Shown: positions 36,171 to 50,800 of the stretch, piece after piece
How the letters are laid out: each line of letters opens with the position of its first letter
Numbering within the stretch: the stretch's first letter is position 1
Assembly: GCA_973895155.1 (NCBI GenBank)
Contig: OZ316892.1
Span: 22,545,168 to 22,609,167 of the forward strand
Origin: Marsupella aquatica
Lineage: Eukaryota > Plantae > Marchantiophyta
Length of the DNA stretch: 64,000 nt
Reading direction: 5' to 3'
The notes under the pieces: generated by a model
What the model was told of the DNA's origin: nothing
What the model saw: only the letters and a program-made list of their open reading frames with translations
Databases searched by the model: none
Position numbers and translations under genes: made by a program

Positions 36171-39100
36171 TCTTTTAGTTGGGGTCCCATCAAGCATACA
36201 CCTCCACTCCTAGCTCTGGGGTTCAAATATTGTGTCTTGTCTTGGCTATTCTCAGGTTCACAGATTTCATTAAAAAAATTAATAAATTAGGGATATTTAA
36301 ACCTTATCTATCTCTTCTCAAGAGTATGAAAATTCCCATGAGTGTCAAAACAAACACTTTATTAAGGAACAAACAGTGAGGAGAGGTCATGTATACAAAG
36401 TCATCAAGAGACACACAACTAATTTCTTCTTACTATAAGATAGGTTTCCAATTTGTTTATTCTAGCTTTAAAAAATAATGATTAAATATTCTTTTTGACA
36501 TTAAAATATTTTTTAGCAAAAAATACTGATAAGCTACTTAATTTCTATTTGGACCCTCTCAAAAAGTGTTTGCTTTGACACCTTTAGTTATCTCAAATAA
36601 TTTTTTATTTGGACCCTAAACCTTAATCAAAAACACCTTTAGTTATCTCAAAAAATTAAAAAATGTTATGCTGATTTTTCAAGATTAAAGCATTGTAAAA
36701 CCATTTGGGGAAGGTTGTTTAACATTACACACAACCTCATGAAACTTTGTAGAATTTTGTAGTGCAAGTATTAAATTGCCCTGAGAGGCATGGTTGTATG
36801 GTAGCTCACTTAAGTGGCTACTTATAGATGTTACTATTCCTTTATTCTGCGAAATTTAGTAGATTTTTCCTTCAATTATCTTTTTAATGTCTTTAAAAAA
36901 TTTGGAGGGAAACATTGAATTTGGAAGTGAAAGCATGGATGGACACGTTGTCCATGAAACCCTGATAAGTAAAAATGTAAAAGAGAATAACATTCTGGCA
37001 TAAGATTATTTCCCAAAATAAAAATAATTAATATGATTTGCAAACCTGGATTCGTGATTGTGCCAACGCTCTGCAAGGGAATAACTATGCCCGTGGATGC
37101 ACTACTCGCACTACCCCCAACGTCACACTTTTAAAATTACTATAGTGTGCTATTGGTGTATGTCTTTACTACATAAATATATATCAAACTGCCAAATATT
37201 TTCTAATGAGCTATTTTTTAAAATGTACTATATATGTAGCAAGGGTGGTATGCCAAAAGGATGATTAGTGAATATTTTCTACATGCCCAAACAGGCATGA
37301 TTGGATAGCAGATCTTGGATATTAAGCCAAGTATGAATAAATTATTCAGTCAATTCTTCATAGAGTCTCTCAAGTAACCCAATCAGCTGGCAGTTGAATA
37401 ATGTTCAATTAGTTTGTGGACCCCATCTCCATGTAGAGATTCTTAAATTCAATGAGAGACAAGTATGCGGGGATATTTGCCTTATTGCATGAGTCCTAGG
37501 TGACCAGTGACCACCTATGATTATATAAACAAAGCATGTGGGTCTCTAGGACCATGGAGCAACTTGGAAGATGAAAGAATTTGCATCTTGTATTAGTGCT
37601 CATCATGTTTCCCCCTAATTTCAAATTGCTTGTACCTTCCAGATCATTGAAGCTAGTTGTACAGATCAAATTAATTTTGTATCATTTCCATTCCAAGTAG
37701 GTCACTTGGAATGATAATTTTGTTCTGTTGTTGATCTTTTTACCATTACTGGGTATAACTGTTTTCTCTTGCCTTGCATTAAACACAAACAATTATGTTT
37801 GTATTTTGTTGAAAACATCATTATTCCAATTTGTGAGTGAAACTGATGATCTGATTCAATTTGGTGCCAGATATTTTGGGAGGAGCTTCCAATGGGGGTC
37901 TGTAATGAACTGATTGGGATGACTTGTTGGCCCAATGTTAGTGGATTATGTCCTGGCGTTACAGTCGATCAACTGAGATGTTTTTAATATTATTAGCATC
38001 AGGATAATTGCACATCAAAATGTGATATCTAACAGTGTACAGTGTAACTCCATACAATGAGAACCCATTTATTTTGTTTAAATAATTGAGTGTTATTCTA
38101 AATACGTATCTGGTTGTGGATTCTTGATGTGTTACCATGATGCATATTATACAAGTACTAATTACCCAAACATGCCTTGCACATCAAAGATTATTTGGTA
38201 TTCCATTGTTATGCTTATGAAACCGAATCTAGGATGGAACACCACGTTAAACGTGGTGCACGTATGGACCACATTTGGGTGGTCCATGGGAGTTTAGGGC
38301 CCCTAAATTGATGAATATCAGTTCTAAAATTATTTTTAGTTTTTCACCCGCAAGACAACTAGAGAAGGAGGAGACAAAACACACGTGCCAAAGTGTCACA
38401 ATGACAATTGATCTAGGGAAACTTACCCCTTTGCATTTCAAGATGCAAAATTTAACCAAATGGCCCAAAAATCACTATCACTTTGATGGAAGTGTAGCTA
38501 CCTACTCCTCATGCATAAATACTCATGCTCACCGGGATGTGACCAGCAGTGAGCAACAATCAGCAAGAGGTCCAACAAAGAGACACCATTGCCACCGCCA
38601 CTTTCTTCTCGGCTCTTAGAATCAAGATTCTCCTCTCTGCATGTGGAGAATCCAATTGCAGTGCCATTGCAAATCACGTATGAAGAAGCAAAATTGGAAA
38701 GTGGAAGAATGACGAATTCATGAGTACTTCAATTGAGCCGAGAGATTATGTACCGATGATGAAAGAAGGTGCTGGTGAAGTGAAGACCAAAGTGAGTTTG
38801 CATAGGCTGATAAGAGATGTAAATACCATTTCTTAGGTCACAACAGGAACAACATCACTGCTCGTCAAGATTCCTAACTTGAAAATGTAAGAGCAAAGAC
38901 AACTGTCTATATGAGACGCGCAGACAGTCACTGGCGGTATCCTAGACTGTGATGAAAAACTCATCTCATGGGAGCTTCTTCAAGCAGAGCATTCCGTCCA
39001 CCCTATCATTGGAATCGTGAGCTTGTCAAGTGTCAGTTCAAGCCCTCTCGCTGGCCTGTACTGCTAATGTAGCTGTAAGGAAGTTGATGATCGTGCAAAT

Positions 39101-42100
39101 ATCGAATTTGAAAACCTTGACTCAATTTTAGATCATGAAAAAGTCACTTTCATTCTCAAAACTTCCTCAACACCACAAACCTGTTTTCCAGCCGTGCCCA
39201 TTGGTCGAAGGAAAACAACTTGGGTGAAAGTTTTGTCTCATGGATGGGAATGTGACAGAATGACAGTACCCTGTTCACAATCATCTCTTGTTGGTATCTC
39301 TCTTATCGAAAGAGAGAAGATCAGGTATGAGTTGTTAGTTACTTACGTTATTTTAGAGGTAGTTATCTGACTAGTTACATAGTAAAAAATTAAAAAGCAC
39401 TTGAAAGGTAACTAATACGGTTGTAGTGAAACAAGGGCATCTCTTCCTTTGTATTCTGGTTTTTTTACACTTAATACTTACTGAATGGCGACCCATACTT
39501 TACACGAATATGAACACAAACATGATAAGGACCTTCTTGTTTTCCAGAAAACCTGCTCTGTCATTTTTGTCACCATCCTTGCTGAAGTGGCGCATCCTCG
39601 TGCCAGGCAATTTGCAAGGGACCCCTAATGGGGCTTCCTAACTAAAACTAAAAAATATTTGAGTGTGAGAATATCTAGTTATCACAATTAAACCAAATTC
39701 TGGGAAATTTGATATTTGATTCAAGAATATCAACCTTGTGGTCCTTGGGGCTTCAAATTCTTACAGCCAAATTCCCCCAAACATATGTACCAAAACATAT
39801 GTGTTACTCCCTTGGTAGCCTCCTCCCAATCATGATCCTTGCTATTACGGCCGGTAAAATAAATGAGTTCATTCTATCTAGCTTTTAACTAATAATTCAG
39901 AATGGAAAGCTACACTGTGGAGCCTACGTTCTCTAGAGTGAAGCCTCTCGATCCATCATGTGTCTCGGTGGCTGCAACTTTTGGGTGAAGCAAATGATGA
40001 GGAAGCCAACCACGGGCTTTGAGCAAAGCTTAGGTGGTCAGGCTACTGATAAATATTAAGAAGATCTGAAAATGCAAACAAGTGAAACACAAGATCTTGT
40101 TTTCTGACATTTATCTGACATTCTGACATTGCTATATGGGGCATCAATGTTTCAGTCTTCCTAGTTACCTTTTATTTGGTTATTATTTTAATTTTAATTT
40201 GGCCTACGAGGGCTGTCTTCTTTGTTATTTCATCAGTTTTGAATTTATCTCATGCCCCCTATATGCTCGTTGTTATCTCAAAATCCTTTGTTTTTCTTTT
40301 TTGCACTTAATTGTACTCCTTTCCACAATTCTTACATAATTTTGCCCCTTCAAAATAATCTTGACTTTATTAAATAATTGTTAATTGCAAGGCTCGAACC
40401 CCCTACCCACCAGATCCCACAGAAGGCCACCAGTACTGTGCTACACAAAATTTACTGAAATTTGTCATTTTGGATAGTTATTCTCCTATCATACATTTTG
40501 TGTTATTGAGAATTTTGGTCATTTATTCATTGTAATCATTTGGTGGTTGGTCACAAAAGGCCATATTTTCTTCTAGTGAAGGTTATGCTACACATTATGC
40601 TTCTGACATGATATTTATTACTTAAATTACTTAAATGTTTATAATTTTACAATGCACGCTGTCCAAGATTGAAGCGCCTCTCTTTCTTCACAATAAATTC
40701 ATTTCTGTACTTTAATTCAAATGATTACTATAATAAACTCAAATATGATATAATAAGATCATTTTTACATCATTTTCAATAAGTTAAGATAGCAAAGTGT
40801 TAGAAGGGTGTAGCACAATGAAAGGCTGGAATATGAGCAATGCAAGCCTGAACTTAGTGACAATTCTTGGTAAGGAACACTACTTGCAAAGTTTTAAGGC
40901 ATGAGAACACTACTTGCAAAGTTTTAAGGCATGAGAGTAGGTTACAAAGGGTAGGTTTGGCCGGACAGAATAGCCAGCCAGACCCTCAAAGTTCCAATGA
41001 GAGTAGGTTACAAACAGTAGTTTTGTATCTCATAGGAACTTTGAGGGTTCATTTCGTGTATTTCCTGGGATACCATGTGAATTTCAGACTAATTTAATCT
41101 CTTACAAAAATTTCCTGAATTTGAGTGTCTTCCTAAGCTCTGAGTCGCTTCAGTCCTTTGACTAGGGATCCGATCCTTGGGGAGAAGAACTTCCGGGCAA
41201 CTTATCATATTTCCTTTCATGGAGTGGCACTCCTAGGATAAGGTCTCTTTTGAGGTGCTTTAAAGCTTTTTTCTATGGAGCTGCAGCTTGCTGAGGAGAG
41301 GGACGACCTGGGAAAACTTTCTCCTTCCAAACATGTGTGAATTTGCCTAGGTGCATTTGGTGCATTTGTGCCCTGTCTGTGCTCTGCTTCTGGTCCACAT
41401 TATCGTAGATAATTTCCCTCTCCAAAAAGGGACTTCCCTTCTTTGCCCTTTGATGGGGTCCTAGTGCCAACTGCTCAGTACTATCCCCGTTTGCAGGCCC
41501 TGGTTGAAACATTATTTATTTATTTATTATCCCAACAAATAACCCTATGTTCGGACATTATTCTCTTGTTCTCATTTTCTAATTTAATACTGACTTATAC
41601 ATAGAAAAGTAAGTGTTCATAATGATTAGAATGTTCTTTAAATTGATATGACAAAATTATCTGGAGGTTCCACACATACCCCATAATATTTTCCAAAACT
41701 AGAATATCCATTTATTTATTTACTGTGCGAGCCTGGATGGCTGGAGGGTATTGGAGACTTCTAAGCAATAGATGGTTGCTAAGGGTAGGGGTGGTCTTCT
41801 CTGTAGCTCTGGGTCTGGTCAGTGGGTTGTCTTAGAGGTATACCTTTGTCAGCTGTTGGGGCTTTTCTCCTCTTTTCCTCCCCTTCATTGGGCTGCTTTC
41901 CCTTTGGGATCTTGTCTCCGGGATTGACGTTTTTTGCCCTTGGGGAGTGTGACATACATGGGATACACGATCCTGTGCCCTTCTTGGCTCTCCTATCTGA
42001 TGTGGCTTTGTCTTGTTGTGGACCTAGGTGTGAGAGTTTTCAATTGTCTCTTGCTTGTGTGTCAAGGATTTCCTTACTTTCGTTTGGCATGTGCTGTTTT

Positions 42101-43066
42101 GCATCACAATTTCATTTTCAAGAAAGGGTTGGAATTTAGAGGGAAAATGCTAAGAATTGACTGTTACAACGAGGGACGATGACATAAGCTACTCGATAAG
42201 ACAGTGTGGATGTTGCTGCATAAAAATAATACAAAACCCCATGGAATCTGGTGGGGAAACTCACAAACAATTGTGAAAGTCAATTGAGGAATGATTTCGC
42301 GAGCAAAATCCGGAGCTGACAAGAAAGATCTACAGTGTTGTGTTCTGCAAGGTGTGCTTTATTATGAAGAGGTTTTTTGCCTTGAAAACGCAACTGATGA
42401 ACTTTATGAAGACTTAGAGTGCATATTGCTCTGCCAAAAGTAGAGCGGTGTAGTGTGGGGGCAGGCCTACCAATTTTGAGTGCTTAGCAAGCTCACCATC
42501 ATCGTTGCCAGATGGGGCTGCTAAAGCCTACCATGTTCAATGCTGAGCCAAGCTCACCATCATCTTTGCGACTTGGGGCTCGTCAGATCACAGACATGTA
42601 CACTTCGTAAGTTATATATATACCGCTTAGGTTAGTGTTGCTGACACTCGGATGAGAACAACAATTATTTTATTAGTTTGTGGGCCATATTGGTGGTCCA
42701 TGTCGTTGACAAAGCATTTTTTGCTTCTTTATGATATAGCATTCTTACCTATCATGGCTACGCTTACACTAAAATAAATTCTAGAGTTGGTATTCTTTTA
42801 ATAATTAAGGCAGGCCGCTTCCTTTAGAGCCTGGAAAATTCCCGTATCGACAATAACCTGTGACGAAGAGTATCCTTGGAGCGGAACCTGTTAGGGGCGC
42901 CAGTGCATTTATCCTCACAGGCTTCACTTTTACTTCACATTCTCCTCTTTGCAAGCATAGCTCTGGATTAGCTCTTGATTATAGTGAAACTTGCGGAATA
43001 GCACCCTGAAAAGCTGAGATAATGGTGTGCGACTAGAGTGAAGTCGCCAAAACTAAAAACCAGAAA

Positions 43067-43520
43067 CAGTTTTTTACTAATCTATCTCCCAAACTATGCT
43101 ATATTACTGATTGCACCCCAAAACAAAATTAATTATCAACCTGCCCCTTATTTCATATTCAGGTTAATATTAACTTGTACACGGGTTCTTGTTGCCATGT
43201 GGCAAGTTGCTACTGGCCAGCCTCAACAAGCCGGGACCCCCCTTCTCGTGCAGGGCACAGTCGTAGGTCTAGGAGGGGCAAAAACATGTCATTTTTTGCT
43301 CTGCCCCCCTCACAAAAACCCAACACTTTCGGTCATCATTTTCACTCAGGAAAATGCAGCTGGTAAGGGGAAGGAGGACCAATTGGGGTTGCAACGGGAT
43401 AGCCAATAGCAACTTGCTACATCACAATCGGAATCCGTACATGAGTTATTACTATCCCGAATACAAAATGGGGGGTGGGTTGATAATTAATAGTGTGGGT
43501 GGCACGTTAGTAAAAAGCTG
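43067..43520. mobile_element. MITE/foldback-like element with long imperfect terminal inverted repeats
   Basis: Ends CAGTTTTTTACTAA and TTAGTAAAAAGCTG. ~43128-43222 (ATTAATTATCAACC...GCAAGTTGCTACTGGC) is inverted relative to ~43400-43492. AAA lies on both flanks. Confidence 0.7.
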
Positions 43521-43779
43521 AAACTGTAAATGGGCACGGGTACACACCCCATCTAATTAAAAGACAGCTCAGGTATTTAAGCTAGGGTTATGATCGGAGT
43601 AGGGTAAGCAAGGAAAAGATGCATTAGATGGTAGTTTCAATGGTCTAATGCATCTTTTCATGGGTTGGATCCTTCTATCAATTTTTGAATATATTTTTCT
43701 CCAATATGTTAAGTGCAAGGCTGGCGACTTGAAACAACATCAACATAATGGGAGCTTAGGGTAGGGATGGAGGAATGGG

Positions 43780-44134
43780 TGTTGGGAATAAATGTAGACT
43801 ATACAAGACAACCTCAACACATGTGAACAACATCTATAGACTCTGAAAATGAAGGTATGTGGTTCACCTTGTGTGGACTATGTCCACGACCATGAGAGAA
43901 ATCTAGTAATACTCAACGTGATTACACCCGCTCCATAGCCAATAGCTAGAGTTCCTCCTCTCACCTCCTCACTCTCTCTCCTAGAGAATGAACCTTCAAG
44001 TGTGAGCACAAGTTTGTGTTCCCCTTGGGCATGGACTATGGGAACCTGGAACTCAAACTAGTGTTATCCTAGTCTACTAAAGTCTAGCTAGTACTATGGA
44101 AGTAAGTAGGTTATATTATAGGCATAACCTAACA
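43780..44134 (-). mobile_element. Solo LTR (355 bp), opposite orientation to 47483-47840 (strand assignment is relative only)
   Basis: TGTTGGG...CCTAACA ends. Flanks ATGGG and AGGGG give a 4/5 TSD match. Alignable along its length to the reverse complement of 47483-47840. Confidence 0.75.
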
Positions 44135-46084
44135 AGGGGAACCTTGGGGTCAGTGGGAGGGTGGTGCAGTGGAATATACAAGGGGGTTTTATGTAAAACC
44201 ACATGACAATCCAATATTTTCTTGACATTTTTGGGTACCAATCTCTGAGTTGGCTTGCTTCCAAGTCACTAGTGCCTTGAACCCTGCTTTCTGTTGTGTC
44301 AACCTTTGCCTGCCTATTGGCCTGTCACCCCACCCACCCAACTCTTGTGTTTTCTTTCACTTTTGCTTCTTGTCCAAATCCTGCCTTCCCTTCTTGCCCA
44401 ATGAAGTGTATTGCAACATGACTAGAAACACCAAACAGGTTTCTTGTTATCAATAAAAAAAATTCTGTTACAAGCAAAATGTTCTTGTTACTAGGAAAAA
44501 AATCAATATGAAAATGTCCGATGAGAATTCTCATTTTCCAAAAAAAAATTAAACACAACATGTTTTTTCTAGCTTCAAGCGCTACTATTATCAACGCTGG
44601 GCACTAGCTAAAAATGTCAACTAACACAAAAACCCTTTTTCAAAACAAAAAACAAAAAAATGACCACCATTTTTCCTGTTACCAGTAATTGTTTCCTGTT
44701 ATAATTTACGGTCGTTTGTAAATAACTCATGGTCACTCAACAAGGTTTCCTTTAAGGTATGAGGCAAGTAGCAACTATGGCTACTGCCCATTCCTAAGAA
44801 GAGGTGGTGACATCATGTTTCCATCCCTCAGCAGGACCGGTGATGTTTCTGGCAAGCAATCGGTTCCGTTTGTAAGCATCTAGTAGTGAGAAGTCTAGGG
44901 TCTATATCAAAATATTTGACAAATTTAAACCAGACCCTGTAAGAGGAGCAAGTGAGGAAAAATAAGACCGTGTAAGAGACACCTGAGTGAACTATATATC
45001 ATAATTAATTATTAACAATGTGAATTTATATTAAATTTGTGTAAGGGAATTGAGCCCCTCCGCTACTTATAAATCACAAAGAGGTAAAGCCTTCTAGAGT
45101 GAAGTCCCTAGAGAGTGACTCTAAGGCCCCACCAAAATTTATGTGGACTAAAAACTATTGAATCTACAACCATAATAAGGGATCCCGTGTTTTTTTGTCA
45201 TTCGTTCTAATACAAAAATCACTTGGGCGGGAAAGATCATCCACAAGCGTTGGATTTGTTTTGTTGTTTTCCTTGACCTTTGATAGAGGAAATTGGCACC
45301 CCTGATGCATAATTGCTTCCCCGCGGTGCCCCATAAATGCTCCAGCCTGACTCCCTATGGGCAGGCCCTCCTTGCACATTGCAATGCACGGGCATAGGGC
45401 TCGTGTTATATATAATATTAAAATGATGATCATGTATAGTGATTGTTGTCCTTGTCTCCTCTAGCATTTAAAGAATGAGCATTCAGGCTTGTACACCCAA
45501 TGCCAAGGGCCGGGGCTAGCTACCTGGTTTATAGGTATGTGACCAGGAGATGTTGATCAAGTACATTTTTGGCTACCTGGTAGATAGCCTTGTATGTTGG
45601 TATTGATCAAGTACAACAATGTAGTAGAACTCACACTGGCAACCAAGAACATTTTTGTGGTAGGATGTTGGCGAGCTAGCCCAAGAGTGGCTTGGGAGGG
45701 ACTGGAGAGTCTACATAGTTAACTCTCAAAAAGTGCTCCTGACTACACACTTCTGTCACCTCAAAATATGGCAAATTCATTTGCAAAGACTCCCCTGAGC
45801 TATTAGGTAGCCTACCCAATCCCAAGGCGGGATTTGGTAAAATTTGCCAATGATAAACACCAGTACTCTCCTTTTCTCAATGTACTCTCATACGCTATGC
45901 AATGCAAAGCACAGGTGTATCAACATCTATACTCACACATCTCCATGACACCGACATGAGAAAATATGTACACTCTTCAAAAATGAGCAATATATGGGTT
46001 TGGGGCCAATACTAATGGACCAAAGTGGGGCCAGAGTTGGCAGGGTTTAGGGGCTTGTATATGAGGGGACCACCATATATGAAA

Positions 46085-46845
46085 ATATCTATTATATAAT
46101 GTCATCTTTTGGGCAACGACATCTTTCAAAAAAAAACATTTGCACCACAATAGTTCTCTGCAAACAACAACTTTTATACAACAAGTGGCATTTTTATGCA
46201 AATGACCTCTTTTCTGCAAATAGCATCTTTTATGCACATAACATCTTTGGTAATTTTTGTGTAACGCATGGGTATTGAGCTATAAGTTTATATTACTAAA
46301 AGTCTACATCTTTTATGCATTGAGGTCATTTACACAATGAGACCCTAAATGCAACAAAATCTTTGGAGGAATGGCCTTGTTGTAAGTGAGGACTTCTTTC
46401 CATACCCTCTGTTGTGCAACAACTTTTGTTAGAATATTAGTGATGTCCTTTCTTCCACGATATGTTTTGCAGAATCAGATAATTTCATGAAGTCCTTTCA
46501 AGACAACATCATTTCCATAACAAAAACTTTCCCACAATGATGCCTAATTACACAAACATAACATTTTGTAATGACACCTTTTGCAGAATGACATCAGTTG
46601 TATAACAGTATCTTTTGTGCAACACACAGGTATTGAGCCAGTAATTGGAAAAAGGAATGAATAAGCATGGCCATGAGATACATATTTCCTCAATTACTTC
46701 TTTTAAGGAATGACATCTATTGTATAACAGTATCTTTTGTGCAACTGGATTTGTTGTGCAATGACCTCTTTTGTGTAACGCATGGGTATTGAGCTAGTAA
46801 TTGGATAAAGGAATGAATAAGCACGACCATGAGGTACATATTCAG
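46085..46845. repeat. Degenerate short-period repeat array (ATCTTTTGTGCAA-like units) with a ~110-130 bp duplication
   Basis: Recurrent (G/C)ATCTTTT..GCAA motifs. The block GAATGACATC...GTATAACAGTATCTTTTGTGCAAC...GGTATTGAGC.AGTAATTGGA.AAAGGAATGAATAAGCA occurs at ~46586 and ~46708. Confidence 0.55.
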
Positions 46846-47482
46846 CACAAAACCCTCCTGTTTGACAGGTACTAAAGCTGGACAAAAGAAGATTCTCAAA
46901 AATCCATTTTGTCATAGTTTTGAGGGTATCCATGAAATCTATGGCATAGCTCTAGAGCTGTTACATAAACTCCACAATAGCCCAATCATTTTCTTTCAGA
47001 TGTCCCTCACGTGTAACTATGGACTGAATGGAAAAGTGGAATGGAATTTCATATGCTCAACTTTGACGATCCCTAATAGACAGGATGGAATTTTTAGGGT
47101 TTAGGGTAACCACGTTTGTAAGGGCCCTTGTCCCCTGCATGCAACCTCCATCCAGACCAACTTGCATGTAGAGAGTCCCTAAGAATTGTATTCTTGGATT
47201 CACAACTCCTATCTAGACAAAAAGAGACACAAGTGGAGGGAATCATTTTCAAAAACTATGATGTGGATGAGGATGTGGAGCAATAAAGTGAGCTAACACA
47301 CTTCACTTACAATTGACTATTTTTTCAAGATTTCAATTTTGCATCCTCCTACAATTGTCTTCCAATTATGAGGCAATGTATAAGGATTGCCAACAAAGAT
47401 TTAGAGGAATCCACGGATATTTTGTAGGGACTACTTTTGGGGGCTCTCACATGTGTAAAATACCCATATACTCTCACCCTAA

Positions 47483-47840
47483 TGTTAGGCTATGCTTCTA
47501 GTATAACCTATTTACTTCCATAGTACTAGCTAGGCTTCAAAAAACTAGGATAACACTTGTTTGAGTTCCCATGGACCATGGGAGGAGGTATATCCAAGGG
47601 GAACACACACTTGTGCTCAAGGTCCACTCCCGAGGAGAGAGAGTGAGAGTGTGACACGAAGAGCTCTGGCACATTGGCTATGGAGTGAGTGCAATCGTTT
47701 GTTGTACTGGATTCTCTCACGGCTGTGGACATAGGTAGCCAAAAATAATATGGTGATCCACATACTTCCAGTGTTGGAGTCTATGTATATTGTTCACTTG
47801 TGTTGATGCTATCTCGTTTGGTTTAGATTTATTCCCAACA
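47483..47840 (+). mobile_element. Solo LTR (358 bp) with perfect 5-bp TSD
   Basis: TGTTAGG...CCCAACA, flanked by CCTAA on both sides (47478-47482 and 47841-47845). Confidence 0.85.
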
Positions 47841-50800
47841 CCTAATTGGGAGGGGTAGCTCTCATTGTGAGCACATTTTGGGATTGTTCATCAAGTGATC
47901 CCAAGGTATGGGGCAAGGGCAGCTGGACTAGGGGAGTAAAATTTGCTAAAGTGTATCAGTGGAATCTTGCATGGTATGAAGACTTTGCAAAGAAGGTTTG
48001 ATGAAGACCAGGGCCAAAACATAGGCAGCCTCCGGGCTGTCTCATTTCAAATTTGGGCTGTCACCAATGGCCAACTCCTATTTTTAAGCAAAGTTTGTGT
48101 GAGAGACAAATTTACAAGGTCATCAACACAACAACATATGGCTGCTATTTCTCACCTATCATTTACTAGTAGGACTATCAGGCATACCCACGTACATTAG
48201 CAACAAATTAAACTCAATTTAAGCCATGAGCTGTTGTATATCAGGTGTCAAATCTTGCCCAAACTGGAAAGCACCGCAATATTTCTTGCTAAAAGACAAC
48301 CCATACAAGAGTTTCACGGGAAGCGGATGAAGTTCAACAATTCATTTTGTTTGGCCTGGGGGAATAGGGGATGAGATTGGTTGTTAGTGGGCTCCCCAGT
48401 TGTTTCTTCCAGTTAGTCATGGAAATGGTTGCCTAATAGGATTCCTGTCATCTACCCTATCAGCAATTTGCAGTTAAGGTTCCTTTGCAGACACTTAATA
48501 TCTTGCAACCCACCATACCTTGTTAGATGTATAGTCAGATAAGTTTCTAACTTTCCAAAGATTGCTTGATTTGGCTCATAGATGGTGAACTTAAAATTCC
48601 TAAAATCAACATGGGTCAATGGATGTGCCTCATCTCATGAGCTGGACTTCAAGTCAAGCAAGCATTTGGACAACCTATTTGCCTATTCTAGATTGGCACA
48701 CAACAATAGTGCAAGAGAATTGAGCTAGATTTTACATGCCTTTTCATTGTGACATCACCTAGTAGGTCCCCAAGACATGGAAGGATTCAATTGAAGGTAC
48801 ATCAAGACAGAACCAGGGTATGCGGGTTTCTTTCTGAGTGCGTGTGCATTGTCTCCTTTGTGATCTTGTTCAATAAGTTTGAGTGTCTTGGTCTCAGATT
48901 CGGTTATGTTAGTGAAGTTTTCATGTAACCACATCTTCCTTCCTAGCTATGGTCCATTCAGTACCCTAGTTTTCAAAAACCTCAACTAGCATAATGACAT
49001 TCATCAGTCACCTCACCTGCCTCATTCTGAATATGGTTCCTGAGTGTTTTCAACCTCTCAGAAACACAATCATTCCACAATTGTCTCTCATTCAACAGAC
49101 ACTTTTAAAGGCAAGTCTTGTGTCATTAGAAAGCTCAATTGATAAGGTTTCAATAGAATACTAGACTGGCCATGAAACTGAAATTTCAGTAATAAGAAAG
49201 GCCCACAAAATTTTGCTTTCAAGACGGTTATCCGGGTTTATGAAGATGCTAAAATACACAGTTCAAGTACAACTTTTGAAGAACATTACCTCACAGTTCA
49301 CAATTTTTTAGAAAACATGCCAAATGTTGTTTGAAAGCATTTTTGGAGAGCTTTCAAATGGTACCAAGAACATAAGCAAAGAGTTTGTAAATTAAGAAAT
49401 ATGAATCAAAGAGACTCTCTGTGAGTTTTCAACAAGGCCATATTAGAGAAAGAGGTGAAATGGAGGGTGATACCTGCGCTTCAGCCCGACAAATGAGTGA
49501 AGATAAACTCTCACCCCAATACTGATTGACTGAAACTCTGGTTGAGGTCCCTAGGCAATACTCTGAACTAGAAATTGTCTTTCTTCTGTTCCAGGGGAAC
49601 TACAGGTGACTTCCAAAGAAGTAGATTCTGAAGCCCCCTAAGCCCCTTTGGTAGTTTAGGTCCCTATTCAAATTGTGGGTAGTTTAGTTGAGGAAGCACT
49701 CTGACTCACACTGGATGGGTGCTTAAATAGAAGTGGACTCACCTGGTTAACCATTTTAATAGGGGGCTTTACAAGAACCAGTGGACACACAGTCTTAGTT
49801 TTTCCCGTAGTTTTTAAACAGAGATGCCATCCTAACAGTTAGGGGACTAGCCTTTCTTGACTCCAGAAGACTTTTGGAGGCCATTTCAGCTTTGGTTTGC
49901 ACAAACCTCCTTGGCAATTGGTAGGTCCCTCAATGAGTGAAGGTTGTATGGTTATTTGGCCAAAGTTTAGACCACCTTTGTCCATATAGCATACTCATCC
50001 TGGAACATGAAAAGTTATTTTGTCCTCTAGCAAAAAGTTTAAGTTTTTTAGTGAAATACAGGTGATCTAATTTTTTTGTGGCAAATATAAATAGGACATT
50101 GATTAGGAAGCGTGACATTGAAAATTTGTGCACATACGGTACAAGAATAAAAGTACACATGTAAAGAAAAGTAATAATGAACAGAAAAAATTTAAGTCTA
50201 TGGTATTGGGTTATGCACATACTATACACCAGTAAAGATATTCATGTACTTATCTTAGGTAATGACACTCAAATGAATTAAAACCATAAATTTAGGACAC
50301 AAAACCATGAGTAGAACTTAAAGACATGAGGAGTGCACTTTAATTAGATCATTTCTTCTTCACTAAGGGCTAGAACTTCCGTGAGCTTTGTTAAAGGGTG
50401 GATGATCAAAAGTATATGAAAGATTAAAAAATTTAGAGGGGTGCCAGATTAAATTCAAAATCTAAAGTATACAAGGGATGCACCTTGGTAAGACACATTG
50501 AATTAAAATACACAAAAAAAGAAATTTGAATAAGACAAAATACTGGAAGATGGATTCACCATATAGCACTTGAGATATTAGATCTCTTGGAATGCATTCA
50601 TTGCAATCCCTAGTCTGCGACAATTGATTGCATATCAAAATATGATAATATATCATGTATTGTGTCACTTCATATCATGATAAACCCAATTATTCTGTTT
50701 AAATCACTAAGTGTTATTCGAAATACATACCTGACTGCCGGTTTCTGATGTGCAATTACCGTAACACTACTAGCCCCTCCATTCGTCACACACCTGGAAG

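Noticed and set aside
39405-40578. CACTA-like right ends (..GTTGTAGTG at 39428, ..TTCTTCTAGTG at 40578)
   Set aside because: No matching left terminus, TSD or transposase found in the window.
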